Origin: an uncultured virus (IMG/VR IMGVR_UViG_2061766007_000671)
Lineage: Duplodnaviria > Heunggongvirae > Uroviricota > Caudoviricetes
Length of the DNA: 64,000 nucleotides
Virus record (IMG/VR): IMGVR_UViG_2061766007_000671
Direction: 5' to 3' (one strand)
In this document: piece by piece, positions 18,732 through 28,868 of the stretch
Position numbering within the stretch: the stretch's first letter is position 1
Layout: each line of letters begins with the position of its first letter
Made by a program: the position numbers and the translations under genes
The notes under the pieces: model-generated
The model's database searches: none
Seen by the model: only the letters and a program-made list of their open reading frames with translations
Told to the model about the DNA's origin: nothing

Positions 18732-20400
18732 TACCTGGGCTGAACTTGCCAAGGGCATTCAGCGGCTCAATGGACAGTACGGTTCTCTTGGGATGGGTTC
18801 AATCTTTTCAGCATGGACTGCCGCAGGCGGAATGAATCTGCTGAACAGTTGGCCTCAGATCCAAAACGCCCGCATCAAGGGCGTGAATACCAAGGCTGCT
18901 GATTACACAAAAGACCAGATCGTTGAGATGGTGAACGCCACCAGCGAGAATGAGAAACCGCTCCGTGCTGTGTCCGCCGCACTGGATGATTCTGCGATGA
19001 CCTACAGTGTCATTCTGAACACCATCCAAAATATCCCCACCTACAACTGGTATGTTTACCCGTCCGAAACGCTGTCATCTGTCAGCTACGAGCAGATGCG
19101 CCGGGACTACATCCTGACGCAGAAGCTGGCGGACAAGATAAACCCCAGCATGGAAGCCCGGAAAATCAACGGCCAGTGCGCCAAGTACGGCAAGGTTTTC
19201 TACACGGCGCGGTACGATGTGGACAAGAGCCACAACGCCGTGAAGTATGCGTTCCTGCAACAGCTCCCCACCGACTGGTGCATGATTGTGGGCAGGAACA
19301 ACGGCCCCGGAACTTATACCGTGGCGTTCAACCTTATGTACTTCTGCACACCGGGATCTGACCCCAGACAGTTTGGCGATTTGTTCCTGCCGTATCTTGA
19401 AGCTTTTGGCGAGGTAGTTGAAGAGCGTCCCATGGACAGCTTCCAGTACACATCGACAGGCGAACGCAGATACGGGATCAACGCTGAGAAGTTTCGTGCG
19501 AATGATGTAGCAAGCACTATCGGCAATCCCCGGTGGTATCAGGTCGGCACGGTCAACTACTACTGGGTCAATCTTCCTGCCGACCAGGTTATTGTGTTTG
19601 AGCGCAACGACCGCACGGTGGACGTGGTTCCCGAAACGACAGGCATGATGGNNNNNNNNNNNNNNNAGCCGCCCAACTTGAAATCATCCTCAACCCCCTC
19701 ACCTCGATCATGACTGGTGAGCTTCCCACCTACGACAATGTGAATGTTCCAGGCGCAGACCCCGTGGCGATTTCTCCCGCCACAAGGGAACTGTTTGAAA
19801 CTTTCTGGTATCAGATGCTTGCGAACAACAACACGTCCGGCATCGGCCTTTATCTCGCTCCCGCGAAGAACCTGAAGCTTCAGACCATCACGGACACGGT
19901 AAGTTCCACTTCCATTGCGGAACACGCCTACAGCGATCAGGTGCAGAAAGCTGGACTGAGCGCAGTGATTCCCACCTCTGACGATCCCAAGGTCGGAGTT
20001 GCGGAACTGAGCGCCAAGATTCATGCGAACGCTGTCAAGCCTATTTACTGGCAGTTTGAGAAGATGATGAACCACATCTTTGAAACGCTGAATCTGAAGA
20101 CCGTGATGCGCTTCCATATGTTTGGCGATGTGTTCTCGTATTCAAGCGAGATGGAGAATGCCCGCAAGGATATGACCCTCGGCCTGATGCCTGCCACGCT
20201 GAAATACGATGCCATGATCGGGCATTCAATCCTTGACGATTTGGCTATTTCCGAGTTCGTCACCAAGTCCGGCATCATGGACAGACGGCTTCCGTTGATT
20301 TCCACCTTCAGCGCACGGCAGCGTGACGGCACACTTCCTCCGCAGGCGGCACAGGAACTCAATCCCGGCGGTCGNNNNNNNNNNNNNNNNNNNNNNNNNN
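18694..20400 (+). CDS. probable portal protein (split by gap; 3' end in gap)
   Basis: About 560 codons between terL and protease/scaffold; synteny. Confidence 0.7.
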
Positions 20401-20615
20401 NNNNNNNNNNNNNNNNNNNNNNNNNNNNNNNNNNNNNNNNNNNNNTTCACTCGATCCGAGCGGTCACAGGGTAATCCCCAAAGACCGGGATGAAGACCAC
20501 TGGGATGACTTTTAAGAAATAGGTTAATAGGTGCGGATAGTCCGGCCAGATGACAAACGGGGTACTCCACCCGCTTCCGCACTTAGAAACACGGAGAGCG
20601 AGAGGAGATCGCTAA

Positions 20616-21230
20616 ATGCAAGAGGCAGTTTATACGGTGTATTGCCACACAAATACTGTGAATGGCAAGCAATATATTGGGATAACAAAACGACGCCCAC
20701 AAAAAAGGTGGGGCAAAGACGGCATCAAATATGGTGGGCAAGTCTTCGGCAACGCAATCGACAAGTATGGGTGGGATTCTTTCGCACACGAGATTCTTGC
20801 AACTGGTCTGACAAAGGAGCAAGCCGAATTAGAGGAGCAAAGGCTCATACGGGAACTGAATACGTTATCGCCAAATGGGTACAATCTCAACTCCGGCGGA
20901 GGACTTGGGAGAGTCGCATCAGATGAAACCCGAAAAAAGATAAGCGATTCGCGGCGCGGCATCAAAGAGTCTGATGAGTGGAAACAACATATAGCAGATG
21001 GCGTAAGAGGATATAAGTGGTCTGATAGCCAAAGGGAAAACTATATGAGAAGCCGCATATATGCGAGAGGCGGAGATTGCAAAACAGCGAGGCGTGTTGC
21101 CCAATACACAAAAGACGGACAGCTTGTGAATATCTACGGCAGTGTTAGCGAAGCACAAGCAAGCATTGGAAATAACCACCACATTTCCGATTGTTGTTTA
21201 GGCAAAGTTGGAACGGCTGGGGGNNNNNNN
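20616..21230 (+). CDS. GIY-YIG homing endonuclease (second copy; 3' end in gap)
   Basis: VYCHTN..NGKQYIGIT, AIDKYGW, PNGYNL.SGG, SDETRKKIS, V.QY.KDG.LV..Y.S..EA. Confidence 0.85.
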
Positions 21231-21249
21231 NNNNNNNNNNNNNNNNNNC

Positions 21250-22711
21250 CGTGGGCGCAGAAATTGAGAAGCACAGAGAATTTGTGGGGCAGCTCAAGGT
21301 AATGGATACTGCGAACCCCAAGATTTACAGAGTGCAGATTATGGCGCTCAATTCCGAAGTGAATCGGAACGGGTGGCAGTACATCAACCTTGAACAGCAC
21401 CTTGATGAGTTTCGTGACATCCCTATTCTCACCGCTTATGTAATGGGCGGTCAGGTGGTTGGCGATGGTCACAACTACAATATGAAGCGTGACCCCAAGA
21501 CTGGGGAAGAGTACGCTTCGTTCACCGCATCCGATGCCGAAAGGATTGTCGGATGGGTTCCCAAGGATGCCAATGTCAGGATTGAGAACATCAACGGTAT
21601 TGACTGGGTTGTTCTCGATGCCGCGATATGGCGTTGGTACGCAAAAGAGTTGGTAGATCAGATTGCTCAACAGGGGAGCAATACTGCTGTATCCATAGAA
21701 ACACTTGTGACGGACGAGCGCAAGGGAGAGAACGGCGTTGATATCGAGGAAAAATATCTTGTCCTCGGCATCACGATCCTTGGCAACGGCGTTGAGCCTG
21801 CCGTAGCTGGGGCGAACATCCGAACCCTCTCCGAACTTTCGGAACTGCGGAGCAACATGGCTGAGAATATTTTGAAAGCCGCCAGCTACGCCAAACCGAA
21901 CGAGAGTCAAGAGGAAGACGAGCCTGAAGACGAGCCTGATGATGAGGGTGAGCCGGAGGAGGAGTCTCCCGAAACACTTCAAAACAACGAACAAAAAGGA
22001 GTGAAACGAGCAATGACCTATTTTAGCCGCAAAGAGCTTGCGGAGCTGGGCAAGAAGTTCCCGGATTTCAAGGTTCTGGCCGCAGTGCAGGCCGAGGACG
22101 GCGCTATCCGGGTCTGCCTCATGGCGAAGGACGCCAGCACTTCTATCTATAAGATGGATAGTCTTGACGAGACCATCGTGCCTGAGAAGTTCCGCCGTGC
22201 TGTTGCGAAGGTCAACTTCATTCTGGGCGAGGACTGCGACAACGCCGAGGTCGATGTCTGCGAAGTCACCGAGGAGCTTGCCGCCGAGGTCGCCGAAGCC
22301 TGCGACAACGCCAAGGAACTGGAATCCAAGCTGAATGAAGCTAACGAGCGCATCAAGGCTATGGAGACTGCTGAGAAAGCCCGCCGGGTACTGGCTGNNN
22401 NNNNNNNNNNNNNNNNNNNNNNNNNNNNNNNGGCCAAGGCCAAGTTTGACGAGGCCATTCTCGACCCCATCAACGCCGACATCGATGCCGGGAAGTACAC
22501 CGAGAAGGTGAACGCTGACGGCCTGTGGATCGGTGATAAGGAAGTCGAGATGCGCGTCAAGGCCGCTTGCGCCGACGCCCAGGAAGAGATGGATCGCAAG
22601 GCTCGTGAAGCCAGCGAGACCACCTTCGCCACCGAGCGTTTTCTGAACCACAACGAGGATGCCCCCGACGGCATCGACAGCCTCCTGTCCGCACTGGACA
22701 AAACTATCTGA
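21250..22711 (+). CDS. prohead protease/scaffold protein
   Basis: N.NGW, GHN, VSIE, LG.GV.PA..GA protease-like N-terminus followed by an acidic coiled coil; upstream of capsid genes. Confidence 0.7.
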
Positions 22712-22729
22712 TAGGAGTGTGAGAAAGTA

Positions 22730-23291
22730 ATGAGCTTTATCGCTAACACCGCGTTTGAAGCGCGTATCGTCAACGACCGTTTTGACGACCTCGCAAACAT
22801 CGCTGGCAAGTATTACGTTTCCACCACCGCCACTGACTNNNNNNNNNNNNNNNNNNCTCCTCGACTGCGAGGGCTTTTCTGGTGTAAAGAACGAGAATAC
22901 CTGGAAGATGGTCAAGGCCACCAACAGCACCACTGCTGGTACTCCCATCTACGCCTGCGACCCCCACGACTGGCCCCTGATCGGCAATGGCCGCAACCTG
23001 TGGGCTGTCGGAACTGAGACCCTGGGTCTCGGCATCCCCGCCGGACGCTACGGCTCTNNNNNNNNNNNNNNNNNNNNNTCCGTCTACCGCTTTGGTGTGG
23101 GCAACCTTGCCTCCACTCTGAGCACCAATACGTTTTTCACCATCAGCGCCGATGGCCTGCTGACTCCCGGTGCTTCCGCCCCCGTCACCGCTGGTACTCC
23201 GTACTTCAAGCTGATGGGCAAGGGCAAGTTCACCGAGGGCACGACCGCCGCGTTCGACTACGTTGACCTTCTGGCCTGCGTCGCTGAATAA
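22730..23291 (+). CDS. head decoration/cement protein (gaps)
   Basis: About 185 aa directly before the major capsid gene; strong codon bias. Confidence 0.55.
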
Positions 23292-23305
23292 GGAGGTAAC
23301 GAACA

Positions 23306-24538
23306 ATGAAGCTCAACATGAACAGCATTAACCCCGGTGTGTTCAAGGTTTCCGCCGCTGAGACCAACGGCGATAACGGTCGTGCCGCCATTGTTGGCGC
23401 GGGCCGTATGCTGGCTTATGAGTATGCCCGCAAAGGCACTCTGGCCATGAGAGCCGCCCTCGGCAACAAGGACAACGAGATCGCCTCCGTCCTGTCCGCT
23501 GAGAAGTATAAGGAAACCAACGACAAGTTCCAGCAGGCCCACCTGCTGTATGCCGCTCGTCAGGCCGATGCCATGCTCGGCAAGGTCGGCCCCAAGGACT
23601 TTGAGGAGTTCAAGCGCAACGGCAACCAGTACTACCGCAACGAGATGTTCCTGCGTGTTCTGGCTGGCATCTACACCGAGATCATCAACCCCATCCTGCC
23701 CCGCGTCTTCTCCGAGGCCGTCAGCATCTTCGCTGATGTCTACGAGGTTGGTTTCGGCGAGACCTACCAGATTTCCATCGGGAGCAACGACATCCCCGTG
23801 TTCCAGGATGATGCCCACGGTGCTTACCGCAGCAAGCCCCGGAACAAGTTCTACCAGAAAGATTATGTGCTGAATCCGCAGCCCAAGACCTGCCTGATCT
23901 GCGAGAAGTGGATTCAGCTTGTCGGCAACAACGTGGACTTCGGCAAGTTCTTCGCCAACATCGCCGCTGGTATGTACGCCAAGACGATGGGTATGTGGAA
24001 CGCCGCCATGACCGCCGCCATCTCCGACACCTCTCTGGTTCCCTCCAACCTGAGTGTCACCTTCGACACCCAGAACTGGGTGAAGCTGGCGAACCGTCTG
24101 GCCGCTGTCAACAACACTTCCATTTCCAACATCATCGCTTTCGGCTCCTATCCCGCTCTGGCCCAGGTTCTGCCCACCGAGGTGACTGGTTCCACCAACG
24201 TCAACATGGATGCCGCCATCGCCACCCTGCTTGGTGCGGATTACGTCCGCGCTGGCTACCTCGGCGAGTACATGAGCATCCGGCTGATGCCTCTGACCGA
24301 TGTCATCATCCCCGGCACTCAGAACACCACCGTGAGCACCATGCTGTCCGACAGCCTGATCTACATGATGTCCGGCAATGGCCGTCGTCCCATGGCAATC
24401 GGCATGAACGGCTCCGATCCTCTGGAGCTGACCATCGACCCTTACGCCGCTGGCGATATGTCCATCGGCCTGTCCCTGACCTACAACATCGACCTCGTTG
24501 CCGTGTTTGAGGATCACGTTGGCGTCGTCACGATCTAA
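23306..24538 (+). CDS. major capsid protein
   Basis: 410 aa, AGGAGG RBS, very strong codon bias, followed by a hairpin; synteny. Confidence 0.75.
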   Translation: MKLNMNSINPGVFKVSAAETNGDNGRAAIVGAGRMLAYEYARKGTLAMRAALGNKDNEIASVLSAEKYKETNDKFQQAHLLYAARQADAMLGKVGPKDFEEFKRNGNQYYRNEMFLRVLAGIYTEIINPILPRVFSEAVSIFADVYEVGFGETYQISIGSNDIPVFQDDAHGAYRSKPRNKFYQKDYVLNPQPKTCLICEKWIQLVGNNVDFGKFFANIAAGMYAKTMGMWNAAMTAAISDTSLVPSNLSVTFDTQNWVKLANRLAAVNNTSISNIIAFGSYPALAQVLPTEVTGSTNVNMDAAIATLLGADYVRAGYLGEYMSIRLMPLTDVIIPGTQNTTVSTMLSDSLIYMMSGNGRRPMAIGMNGSDPLELTIDPYAAGDMSIGLSLTYNIDLVAVFEDHVGVVTI

Positions 24539-24545
24539 TCCCGTT

Positions 24546-24575
24546 AACGAGGGGCGGCAACCCCGTCCCTCGTTT
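24546..24575 (+). terminator. terminator-like hairpin after the capsid gene
   Basis: AACGAGGGGCGG-CAACC-CCGTCCCTCGTT. Confidence 0.6.
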
Positions 24576-24577
24576 CC

Positions 24578-25000
24578 ATGAAAATGATTGCATCACAAAC
24601 ACAAAAAGGAATAATAGCACAACTCAAGGCAGAACTTAGAGCAAATGAACTTGGATATATAGTGTCAAAGCCGACAACGGATTGTTGCCGCTATGACATG
24701 ATAATAGATGACGGCAAAACGCTACGGCGCATTCAAATCAAGTATTGTGGTCAAGAACCAACAGATGCCAAGGGGACTGTTGTTTTAGACTTACGAAAAT
24801 TTTCTATAAATGGGGTTTCACGGCCTTTTTATAGCAAGGATGAAATAGATGCCGTGGTTGCATATATTGCACCAATAGATAAACTATGTTATTTCCCAAT
24901 AGAGTTTATAAATGGGAGAAAAACCGTAAAAATACGCTATGACGGTAGCGGAAAACGCAAATACCCGAATGTGACAAATTGCCAAGAATATTATTGGTAA
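24578..25000 (+). CDS. PD-(D/E)XK endonuclease, group I intron-associated (I-Ssp6803I-like) type
   Basis: KG..A.L......GY.VS.P....RYD.IIDDG..L.RIQIK, Y.KDEID....Y; AT-rich. Confidence 0.8.
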   Translation: MKMIASQTQKGIIAQLKAELRANELGYIVSKPTTDCCRYDMIIDDGKTLRRIQIKYCGQEPTDAKGTVVLDLRKFSINGVSRPFYSKDEIDAVVAYIAPIDKLCYFPIEFINGRKTVKIRYDGSGKRKYPNVTNCQEYYW

Positions 25001-25081
25001 TTGGAACCAATCTTCGGATGTGGGTTCGATTCCTACCGATAGCTCCACAACTCAAATAGCCGAAAGGAGATTTATAGGGCT

Positions 25082-25854
25082 ATGGCGAATTATGCGACGA
25101 TGAAGAAAGACGAGCTTATTGCTCTGGCACAGGGAAAAGGCGTGGAGGCGGATGCCACCATGACCAAGACGCAAATCATTGCGGCAATCGAAAGCGCGGA
25201 AAACGTGACGGCGGAGCCGGAAACTGCCGTGGAAAATGTGATTCAGCCTGCGGAAGACCCGGCGGTTGAACTTCTGAAAGCCCAAAACGAGATGCTCCAG
25301 CGGCAGATGGAGGAGTTGCAGAAACAGCTCCTTGCCCTGCAAAGACCGCAGGTGATTCAGGTAGCCGNNNNNNNNNNCAGGCAGAGGTTGCGGACTACAA
25401 CCTCGTGACCTTTGGCCCCGGCGGAATGTACGGCAGCATCACTGGAAAGACCGGGACGTTCAGCGTTCCCAAGAACGAACTGAGCCGTATCCTCGACAAC
25501 CGCACCCGGAACTTCCTTGAGAAGCGGTGGCTGATTGTTGTGGACGGCATGACCGATGACGAGCGGGAAGCTCTCGGCGTTTCCTACGCTGACGGAGAGG
25601 TACTGGACAGGAAAGTGTTCAGCCGCATGGTGGACTTGAGCAAGGACGAGATCTGCGAGGTCTACGAGAAGCTGTGCGAGAGCCACAAGGAAATGGTCGG
25701 CAGACGCTTCTACGAGGCGTGGCAGAACATGAACCCTGCCGTGACCCGCGAAAAGGTCATTGCCCTGCGGAACATCACCCGCGACAAGGGGCTGGACATC
25801 AAGGCGTTCCAGACCATCCTGCAAGAAATGAACGCTTCTGAGGAGGAAGAGTAA
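25082..25854 (+). CDS. structural-region protein with N-terminal Rho-N/HeH-like motif (split by gap)
   Basis: M.K.ELIALA..KG......TK.QII.AI motif. Confidence 0.55.
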
Positions 25855-26046
25855 ATGGTAAAACCCATGAATATGTCCGACTGCTTCGCCGGACTGCATG
25901 ACGATGAAAAGCCTACTGGCGTGTACAACGGCAGTTGTTTCATCGAGATGGACACTGGGAAGGTGTACTTCTACGACGCCGCCGGAGCGCAGTGGCTTGA
26001 GTTTGGTGGCAGTTCTGACAGTTCCAATGAGGAGGTTTCGCCATGA
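25855..26046 (+). CDS. small virion-associated hypothetical protein
   Basis: GL..D.KPT...NGS.FIEMDTGKVYFYD motif recurrent in phages. Confidence 0.6.
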   Translation: MVKPMNMSDCFAGLHDDEKPTGVYNGSCFIEMDTGKVYFYDAAGAQWLEFGGSSDSSNEEVSP

Positions 26047-26447
26047 ACATCGGCGTAGCGGCCGCGCTTGCAAAAGCCCTCGGCNNNNNNNNNNNNNNNN
26101 NNNGGTCTTGTCGTTCCTCATTTTACTGTGAGGCAGATAGATGCAGATGCTTGGGAATGCACCTGTGATAAGGCATACAGTGAGTTGTACTCGGCGTATG
26201 AACAAGATGCGTTGATTTTTGGAATAGTCGAAACGCTCGACTCGCAAGATCCAACTACTATTATCGATGTATGCGTTATTTATCTCGTTAGAGATAATGG
26301 TTCCGATGGACTACGCTTTCAAACTCTACCAGAGGTTAACAGCACATATGTTTGGACGTTTGAGCTTATAATAAATGCCACTAATACGTCTTATCATGAA
26401 TATGAATTTACCGGAAGCAATGAGTAATCAGACAAGGAGAAAGATAG

Positions 26448-26859
26448 ATGCGTGAAGCAATCATTGAAGTGGCCGTTCAGGTCATCGGTGCGGTGCTTAT
26501 GGGCATCGTCAGTATCGTGTTTGCCTACATCGGCAAGTGGATGGGGCAGACGAAAAAGCTGGAGACAGTATCCGCCGCGATGGAACAGCTTGAGGCTGTG
26601 GTTAAGAATGTGGTGGGCGAACTCCAGCAGACTACCGTGGANNNNNNNNNNNNNNNNNNNNNNNNNNNNNNNNNNNNNNNNNNTGGGCGAAACATTATTT
26701 ATTAAATCCTGCGAACAGCTCAGTGACCCCGCTTCCGCCACGCTTCAGGCGGCAGGCATTGATGTGGAGGCTATGATTCACAGCGTAGCCGAGGCTTACA
26801 TTGAGCGCATCAAGCGAATGAACGGCATTATTGCCATCGGTGCTGACGAAGCCGAGTAA
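26448..26859 (+). CDS. holin-like protein (LL-H-like)
   Basis: N-terminal TM segment, V..LQQT.V, IE..V.; AAGGAG RBS. Confidence 0.6.
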
Positions 26860-26900
26860 TCGGCTTCATAGCACCATAAATAATAAGGGAGGAAATCACG

Positions 26901-27251
26901 ATGGATTGGACAATGGTTTTAAGCGGAGCAAGCGGAGCCNNNNNNNNNNNNNNNNNNNNNNNNNNNNNNNNNNNNNNNNNNNNNNNNNNNNNNNNNNNNN
27001 NNNNNNNNNNNNNNNNNNNNNNNNNNNNNNNNNNNNNNNNNNNNNNACTTTGCGTCGCCGTCCGGGAATTGCTGTACGACAGAATCAAGCACCTTGGAAA
27101 AGCATACCTTGACCGTGGGTATATCTCTACGGAAGAACTGGAAGACTTTATCAATATGCACAAGATATATCATAACACCCTTGAGGGCAACGGATTCCTT
27201 GACGAGCTTGTAAAGCAAGTCAAGGCGCTCCCGATCCGGGACAGAAAGTAA
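26901..27251 (+). CDS. holin-like membrane protein
   Basis: LL.DRI......YL.RGYIS.EE.E....M...YH..L.GNG....L...V..LP motif. Confidence 0.65.
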   Translation: MDWTMVLSGASGAXXXXXXXXXXXXXXXXXXXXXXXXXXXXXXXXXXXXLCVAVRELLYDRIKHLGKAYLDRGYISTEELEDFINMHKIYHNTLEGNGFLDELVKQVKALPIRDRK

Positions 27252-27260
27252 GAACAATAC

Positions 27261-27334
27261 ACGGTCGTGGTGTAACGGAAGCACACAAGGCTTTGACCCT
27301 TGGGGCGGTGGATCGACACCACCCGACTGTGCCA
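27261..27334 (+). tRNA. tRNA-Gln(TTG)
   Basis: ACGGTCG/CGACTGT acceptor, G discriminator, encoded CCA, CAAGG-CTTTGAC-CCTTG anticodon arm, GGTGG-ATCGACA-CCACC T arm. Confidence 0.85.
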
Positions 27335-27362
27335 ATAAAACCCCTGTAAAGGAGGGAGCAAG

Positions 27363-27701
27363 ATGACGATAGAACGCGGTACTACCCAAGAAGTGACCAT
27401 CACCATCAAGGGGTGGGATCTTACCGGGTGCGACATATATGCGACCTTCAAGCAGGGGTCAAATTCTGTAACGAAGAATGAGATGGAAAGCGTTACCTAT
27501 GCGAACAACGCCACAAAAATCGTGTTGGTGCTGACGCAGAGGGAAACGATGTCCTTTGACAATAAACGGTCTGGGCTTGTTCAGGTTCGTTGGGTTGACT
27601 CCAGCGGAGCGGCTTACAAGACCAAGACGGCAGAGTTCGATGTGGATGTTCTCCTGTACGAAGCCGTGCTGACATACGAAGGGTCTGATGGCGGTGGCTA
27701 A
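27363..27701 (+). CDS. beta-sandwich virion adaptor-like protein
   Basis: RGTT..I.....Y.TF.Q...V.LTQ.ET..F....VQVRW motif. Confidence 0.5.
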   Translation: MTIERGTTQEVTITIKGWDLTGCDIYATFKQGSNSVTKNEMESVTYANNATKIVLVLTQRETMSFDNKRSGLVQVRWVDSSGAAYKTKTAEFDVDVLLYEAVLTYEGSDGGG

Positions 27702-27948
27702 ACCTATACAAATCGAAACGAACACCTCGGCAGAAATCACGCTCACCACGCCACGGAAACAGGGCATCACGATTGAAGTCAACGGCGGTGGCGGNNNNNN
27801 NNNNNNNNNNNNNNNNNNNNNNNNNNNNNNNNNNNNNNNNNNNCAGAAAGTGGCCCAACGCAACATCGTAGTAAATCCAATCCCTCACGATTGGGGGCAT
27901 ATTACATGGGACGGGTCGGTGCTGACCGTCTCGTGAAGGAGAAGAATA

Positions 27949-28550
27949 ATGGCGAAGAATGTAGTCATTAATGAGGTAGTTTACCAAAATGTACCTCAAG
28001 TAAATATCCCGCTGAGTCCCGGCCCCGGCAACGCAGCGTTCTATGATACCAGTGATGCCACCCTTGATTCCGGCGACAAGATGTTGTCCGGCAACACGGC
28101 GTATGCGGATGGTGTGAAATATACTGGCACGATTGCCTCCAAGTCTGGATCGGACATTTCCGCCAGTGGAGATACCGTTACTGTTCCTGCCGGGTATTAT
28201 TCGACTCAGCAGACCAAATCTGTGGATAGTGGTTCTGCCACNNNNNNNNNNNNNNNNNNNNNNNNNNNNNNNNNNNNNNNNNNNNNNNNNNNNNNNNNNN
28301 NNNNNNNNNNNNNNNNNNNNNNNNNNNNNNNNNNNNNNNNNNNNNNNNNNNNNNNNNNNCCACCAAAGGCGCAGCAACCATCACGCCGACCACGAGCGAC
28401 CAGACCATCGCCAGTGGAACGTACCTGACCGGGGCGCAGACCATCAGCGGCGATGCCAATTTGCAGGCCGCTTATATCAAGAGTGGTATCAGTATCTTTG
28501 GAGTGGCGGGNNNNNNNNNNNNNNNNNNNNNNNNNNNNNNNNNNNNNNNN
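27949..28550 (+). CDS. fibre-like structural protein (gaps)
   Basis: MAKNVVIN.V.Y..VP, TAYADG.K.TGT, TVPAGYY, TPTTSDQTI.SG.YL.G repeats. Confidence 0.55.
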
Positions 28551-28562
28551 NGAGGTGGCCTT

Positions 28563-28868
28563 ATGGCTCAGAATGTAACGATAGCCGGAGCGTCATACAG
28601 TGATGTGCCGTCTATTGAAGTGCCGAAAACAGGCGGTGGGACAGCGGCATTTATAGATACCACTATCGCCTCCAACGCCGCCTCTGCTTCGGATATAGCC
28701 AGTGGGAAGATGGCGTGGGTCAACGGCACTCTGATTACCGGGACTGGATCTGGTGGCGGTGGCGGTGAGCCTACCAGCATACAGGTATACATCGAGCAGG
28801 ATGAGGACGGCTATCTCATGCTGACTGATACTGCCCTGATTCCGACAGCAGTGGGGGTGTATTTCTGA
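28563..28868 (+). CDS. fibre-like structural protein
   Basis: MAQNVTIAGASYSDVP..., A.ASDI.SGK.AWVNG..ITGT. Confidence 0.55.
   Translation: MAQNVTIAGASYSDVPSIEVPKTGGGTAAFIDTTIASNAASASDIASGKMAWVNGTLITGTGSGGGGGEPTSIQVYIEQDEDGYLMLTDTALIPTAVGVYF

Noticed and set aside
21134..24517. Long - strand ORFs (604 aa, 419 aa and others) opposite the scaffold and capsid genes
   Set aside because: Antisense shadows of strongly codon-biased + strand genes; no RBS or domain motifs
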